NCBI RefSeq assembly: GCF_009914755.1
Contig: NC_060940.1
From: the human T2T-CHM13v2.0 reference genome, Homo sapiens
Strand: one strand, 5' to 3'
DNA length: 64,000 bases
The notes below the pieces were generated by a model, which was not told the DNA's origin, did not search any database, and worked only from the letters and a program-made list of their open reading frames with translations. Positions within the stretch are counted from its first letter, which is position 1; every line of letters starts with the position of its first letter. The translations under genes were made by a program, and so were the position numbers. Of the stretch, positions 53,279-64,000 are shown in pieces.

Positions 53279-53771
53279 GCCTTTCTCAGACAACTGCCCA
53301 CCCCATCACTCCCAGGGGCAGGCTAAATGGTGTGCTTGTGTTCTGTGACTGTGACCCCCCACCGCCCCCAGCCACAGCTGACTGGACCAGAGACGGACAC
53401 CTGATCCAAACTAGGCCAATTAGATTCTCTCCCCCAGGAATTCTGAATTGCAATTCAGAGACCCTGGTTGGTTTCTGCTAGAGGTTTGAAATGAAATAAT
53501 TGGGAGCTTTGGGACAGCCATTTTCTGCTGTGTTCAAAAATAAGTAGAGATGGCTGGATAGGAGTGTGAGAGAGAGAGAGAGGCATAGAGACAGAGAGGA
53601 TGGTTGTGGTTCCTCCCCTGGGTTTGGAAAGGTACAATAAAAACTAGGTTTCTGTCACATGCAACCAGCGGTGATATTTCCATTTTTTTTTTGAATCAGT
53701 AATTTTGCCCCAGGAGAGATTTTGAATTGAAGTATATAGTATATGTTACTTTTTTAACTAAAGGAAAAACA

Positions 53772-53773
<2 letters not shown>

Positions 53774-53821
<48 letters not shown>
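53774..53821. repeat. (AT)24 microsatellite
   Basis: Read directly. Confidence 0.95.
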
Positions 53822-53824
<3 letters not shown>

Positions 53825-54389
53825 ATGATAATTCTTTTTTCAAAGCTTTAGATGAATTAATGTTAACATTTAACAACCAATAAGGTCCAAATACCAACCA
53901 ATCCAGAAGGAGCTCACCATAAATAGCTGGTGTGGTCCCACTGCTGAATGCTGGGTACCCACCAGCTGTCTGCCATCTCAAGGCCACTGCAATCTGGCCT
54001 CGACCACACTGCAGCCCGAAGGCAGGCAGGCTGGGGAAAGGTGGGGCCTGAGAACCTCAGATCACCAGCAGTGAGTCATGGTGGCGTAGCACAGAAACCT
54101 CTGTATGATTGCAGATTTGCTCTGTAACCCACTGGGGTGTCAGTATCTGTGGCAGACAACTCACAGTGGAGGCTTTTGAGACAATGTCCAGTGCTTTTCT
54201 GGCTCACTCACTGTGATTCCCGGAAGAACACACACGAGTATCCTAGACAGGGATGAAAAGCCTACATCTGATATGAGTGAGAAGAGGCTGGAAAGAGCCA
54301 CCTCTGGGTGGTGGGATTTAAGAAACTTGCCACTTCCTCTAAAACAGGACCTGCAACCTGGGTCTGTGGATGGTAAAGCCCTTGATCTT

Positions 54390-58869
<4,480 letters not shown>

Positions 58870-60242
58870 AAATCCCTTGATCTTAAGTGCAACATCCACA
58901 AGCATGTAGCTAACACCAGATAGGACAGGACAGGCATCCAAAGACAGAACCAAGATAAGACAAAAAAGTGCAAGAGCCAGTGTTTGGGGACAGGGTCAAG
59001 TTTATTTTTACCTTTTTTTTTTTTTAATTAACTGAGAATCAACAAAATCAGTGAGTGTTCACACAGCATAATTCTGTCCGGGAAAGAGGAGTTGACACAG
59101 CATTCCTCTGTAAACTGGAGAATTTCTCCATGACTCCTATCTGCTCCCCAGTTTCTCTTCTCCATGAGGAATAAACACCATGTACAATCTGAAAGCTGGT
59201 AAGGGACTGATCCTTGAAGTGTCATCCTGAATTTGAATTAAACCTAAGTCTAGTTTCCTTTTGAGATCTCCTGATGAGTTAAACCTTTACACAAGAGCTA
59301 CCTAGTCGGATGATTTTTTTCTCACCTGAGCTATTGTGGATAATTGCTCTGCTTCCTTGTTCAACAAAATATAAGGTAAATCATTACCACTCACAACCCG
59401 AAGAGATTTATGCCATCGTCTAACAGAAGAGCACAGTGTGCACGTTTCTTTTCTAAGAAAATTAAGTTGACCTCAATGCAGTGGAGTTTGATTTTCATAA
59501 TTATAAGTCATAACTCACAATTCAAATTTTTTTGAATCAGCATTTTTGCCCTAGGAGAAATTTTGGATTCAGGTATATAGTATACGTTACGTTTTTAATT
59601 AAAGAAAGAAGGAAATATGTATATATGTTGGAATATATATATATAGCAACATATATGTTACTTTTTTAATTAAAGAAAGAAGGAAATATATATATATATA
59701 CACACATACATATACAATATATGTGTAATTGTAATTCTTCTTTTTTCAAAGCTTTAAATGCATTAATTGCAAAATTCTATCCTGGATTATCAACTGGATC
59801 TTCAGCAAACACATGGTGGTGTGTAGAGATGTTCTTTGAAGATTTAATTCATCACTGTTAATAAAAATGTTTAACCTTTACAGAGTGCTCACTATGTGCC
59901 AGGCACCATGCTAAACACTCTACATAGATTATCCCATGTAATTCCCACCACTATTCTTCCCATCAACTATTATCATCCCCACTTTGCAGAAGACGAGATC
60001 GAGGCATACAGCAGTTCCCAAATTTGGTCAAAGGTGGAGCAGGCATTTGGAATCAGCACTGTCTTATTCCAGTGTTTACTCTGAATCATCATGCACCTAT
60101 CATTAAACTTGAGACTTTAAAAATATCACTACTGACTTAAGTATTTAGTAATATAGCTAATACGTTGGTCACTTTTCAGATAGTCCTAGCCAGCATTTCC
60201 CCCCTCCTTCAATGAAACGCTGTAAAACTTTAAGTAGTGGAT

Positions 60243-60783
60243 CATTAGCTATTGCTGTGAAACAGACTCTCTCAAAAGTAGGTGGCATCAAACAATAAGT
60301 ATTTATGATTGTTCCCAAGTCGGTATGGGTCAGCTGAGAAGTTCTTCTGGTGGCAGGTGGACCTACTCATGTACCTGGGTCAGCTGTGGTCAGGTGGCAG
60401 TTCTGCTGATGTTAGCTGGGCTCTCCCACATGACTGGAAGTCCAGTGTCTGAGCCTGGTCCAATAATAACCTCAGTTAGGAAACTGGACTCGCTCTGCTC
60501 CATGTCACTCTCATCCTCCACTAGGGTAGCCTGGGCTTTTCCCTACAGTGGTGGCAATGTTTCAAGAGCAAGCAAGAGAAAACAGAAGAGTTCAAGGATA
60601 CTGGAAGCCAGGCTTGAAACTATCACAGAGTCCCTTTAGCCAAAGTCACTTTGGCATTCCATTGGCCAAAGCAAGACCCAAGTCCAGTTTGGACTCAGAG
60701 TGGGCAGAGACTAGAAGGTCCCATAGCAAAGGGTAGCTACAAGCAGGCATTAACCAAGACCATCAATATAATCAATCTTTCAC
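60243..60783 (-). mobile_element. Old MLT1 solo LTR
   Basis: attagctattgctgtgaaaca...cattccattggccaaagcaag...aatcaatctttcaca. Confidence 0.6.
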
Positions 60784-62699
60784 ACAGAGTAGCTATGAAA
60801 ACAGTCAGTTTCTTATTTTGATACTAATAGCAATATTGATTGAATGCAGAGTATGTGCAGGACTCCATCAAAACTGCTCTGTGAGATCAACACTGTTACA
60901 ATCACCCCTCATATGAGAGGAAACCAAGGTTTAAAGAGATGGAGGAAGGCACTCATAGTCTCACACTCCTGTACGGAGGATGTAGTCTTAGCTTTCACTG
61001 GCTCGGTCCGGCCACCGAGCCCTGATCCAGGAGCACTGGTGACGTATTTTCTTAACAAGCACAAAGAAAGATTTCTTCCCACCTTGTCCCAAGTGTGTCT
61101 TCAAAGGATATATAGTCCTTTGACTTTTCATCCTTTCCGTGGAGGGCCTGATGAAATTGACGGTACCCCAGAGTCCATGCCTCTGAACAAGCCCCTTCTC
61201 AATTTATTACTTTGGCAGCTCTTGCTCTAATTCCAACGTGTGTGTGCAGTGCCCCTGGGGGTAGAAGAGCCTTCTCTGCAATGAAAAACAATGTAACCCT
61301 GGGCTGTTGACTTTCATGTCCCCTAAGTGTATGGGAAGAAAGAACGGGGGCTAGGGACCAGGTGCCTCTCTGGGTCTCTGTTTCTTCATCTGCAAAATGT
61401 TCGATATTTAACCTGGCCCCATCTCTCATAGAATATCTGGGAGGACCCAAGAAGGCAATGGGTATGAGCATGCTTTGCAAAGATAAAAGGTAGGCGGCTG
61501 AGCAGAGGGAGCAAGGAAGCAAAATAGAAGAAGAGACAAGAGAGGGAAGAGTAGAATCCTGGAGGCGAGAAAGGGAAAAGGTAGAGTCTTCTACTCAGAG
61601 CCTGCACAGCTAGGCGCAGTTTTACGTTGCATGAACTTTTTCCCCAGACCCTCCTGTGGAAAGCAGACAGCCCCTCACTCACAAGTAATATGTTGGCTAC
61701 ACTGCCCCCTGCTGATCATTATGTGTAACAGCACAGATGCCGACAGCCAGTTGAAATAATGAGCTTGGGTTTCCGAGACCAGCAGAGGCTGCAAGCGGGT
61801 GAGAGGCTGGTGGTCTTTGAGACCACACATATACCAAGGAACCTATGAGGACTTCTGCCTGACCAGTCCCAAAGCCACTTATTAGCCCTAAGTTCAATGA
61901 AACTCCCCCTCCTCCACTTTCCTTTTTCTTTTGCCCCAGGGAGCCAGAGAATCAGCGTTTTCCCTTTCTTTCAGGCATTGCTGCCATATCCATTCTACAA
62001 ACTGTGGCTGTTACATGGGACCCAGCTTCTCTGTTTTTCCATCCTTTGCAAAGACAAAGTTCAGTGGTCATATTTCTTTCCCGAGTTTTATTATAATACT
62101 AATCACCATGGGAACATGGGGAGGGGAAAGCATGCAAGATAGTAAACATTGCAATCACATCACAAAAGTTCTAGAATCTCGTTAGGTCATTGGATTTTTG
62201 TCTTGGTTCCGAATCTAGAGTGTCTGGCTCTCCCTGAAATGTTACCTGAAAATGAAAGCCTTAAATATTTTTCTCTTTGTTTTTATGCCTGAGGAGGGAC
62301 CTCTGTAAACAATTTCCCTAACCACCACCTGACATGAAGCTCGATCCCCAGGACTCACTTCCTCCCTTCTCCTCCTCTTGTTCTGAGGATGAAGCTGTGG
62401 CAGTTACTCAGTTGCCCCCTAGACAAAGCAGAGTTTCCAAGGGGGACACACCCAAAACTAGGGAACACTAGCAGAGACGGATCACTTGCATACTTCCTCC
62501 CAGCTCACCTGGAATCCAAATGAGTAAGAAGTTCATCTGGCCTCAAGAAAACAATATCTTCAAACAAATGTCTCTTGAGCCCCTGCTCTGGGCTGAGCAT
62601 TTCAGCTACCCAGAAGATGAAGGGAGGAGCTTCTTTGCATTATAGTCTAAAATGTGGCTCACATTCACGTGGTGTGACTACACAGCAATGACAGTATTT

Positions 62700-63995
62700 G
62701 CTGAATGCTTCCTATGGCCAAACACCATTCTAAACTCTGTGCATACGTTAAATCAATGAGTCTATGAAGCATAATCTACTCTTCTTCTTCTTCCTAGTTT
62801 ATAGATGAGGAAATAAAGGCAATGAGAAGTTAATGAAGTGATTCACCCAAGGTCACAGGGTTCATAAGCAAGAGAGCTGGGATCTGAATGCAGGCTTTCT
62901 GGCTCCAATACCCACCTGCATGACCACCCTACTATCTGCCCCTCACTACAACTAGTGAGACTGGTCTTTGAGGCTTATGGGTTCTGGGACAGTCTAGGTT
63001 GTAGCCCCACCCTGCCACTCTGTCACTTGATATCTGTGTGAACATGGGAAACACACTTAAATTCTTGAGGCTTCAGTTTCCTCATCTGTAAAATAGAAAG
63101 AATAGAATCCACCTCAGAGAATTATGACAAATTTTAAATAAAATGGTGCCTAGAAAGCAGTCAATTAAAGTGATGCCTATAAAGGATCTGGCAAACACTA
63201 AGCACTTAATAAATATTAACTACTCTTTTATTTGATATTTTTTAACTTTACTGAATTCATTTGTTGTTGGAGGAAACCTGAATTTTTACCCTAGGATCTG
63301 CCAGTAAGTCACTATACGATTGAGGATTTATCTCTCATTTAGATCATAGCATAGCCTCTTACCTATACTTTTCCCATGCCAACCCCAATGGACTAGTTTC
63401 TTCTTGGACAGCTAGAGTAATCTTTTAAAAATAAATACATCACTTTACTTCCCTGCTTAAAGCTTTCCAGTGGTTTCCCATTGCACAAAGAATGAAACCC
63501 AAAACGCTTGGCCTGATTTACACAGCTATACCTGACACAACCATTGCCCATACCTGACACAGCCACTGTGTCTCTCTCCTCCCCATTCCTCACTATGATC
63601 CAGGCAAACCGGCTTTCTGATTTGAATTTAGCAACTTATTCCTACCTTGTGATATTTACCAGAGAGGCAGCCAGAAAATCCTTCACCTTGAACTCTCCAA
63701 GCCTGGCTCCTTCTTGTCAGAGCTCAAATCAGATACCATTCCTTGTCGAGGCGTGTTCCCTTATTCTTGTGTCCATCCCTTGCTTTATCTTCTCCACAGT
63801 ATTCACCACTATCTGAAACTATGCTACTCATTTATTTATCAACTGGTTTTCTCTTCTGTGTCATTCTACCAGAATGCAAACTACATAAGAACAAAGAGTG
63901 TGGTTAGGAGAACCTTTTTAGTTGTGATATTGCAGTCCATGAGTTCAGTGCCTGGCATCTAGGAGATCTTCAATACATAGATGTTGAATAAATGA
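62700..63995. mobile_element. Cluster of MIR (62700-63220) and L2 (63380-63995) fragments
   Basis: MIR core cttcagtttcctcatctgtaaaat and its reverse; L2 end cagtgcctggcatctaggaga...tgttgaataaatgaa. Confidence 0.65.
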
Positions 63996-64000
63996 AGGAG

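Overview
Primate DNA, almost certainly human. I recognise it as the 16q22.2 CMTR2 locus from the protein. The only intact protein-coding gene is CMTR2/FTSJD1 (cap2 2'-O-ribose methyltransferase, minus strand). Its 770-aa CDS (31043->28731) lies in a single exon, with 5'UTR exons in a CpG-island promoter at ~34150-34860 and several candidate poly(A) signals. The rest is mostly interspersed repeats: Alu, L1, L2, MIR, MaLR/ERV1 LTRs and hAT/Tigger DNA elements. I see no evidence for a new multi-gene system. The notable signals are unusual retrotransposition and repair products: (1) a 33-bp TSD-flanked, tail-less insertion matching the 5' end of tRNA-Leu plus a putative pre-tRNA leader (25707-25767); (2) a full-length, CpG-intact AP3S1 processed pseudogene with K41fs, delL97 and P158L, divergent to the CMTR2 promoter; (3) an L1 with a probable ~190-bp 3' transduction; (4) a twin-primed, 5'-inverted L1 containing an 11-nt fold-back insertion; (5) two old non-tandem local duplications of ~160-250 bp; (6) a MER41B-like LTR with two intact STAT GAS sites; (7) alternative splice sites that could add or remove uORFs in the CMTR2 leader. 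Repeat subfamily names come from recalled consensus sequences, and boundaries without TSDs are approximate.
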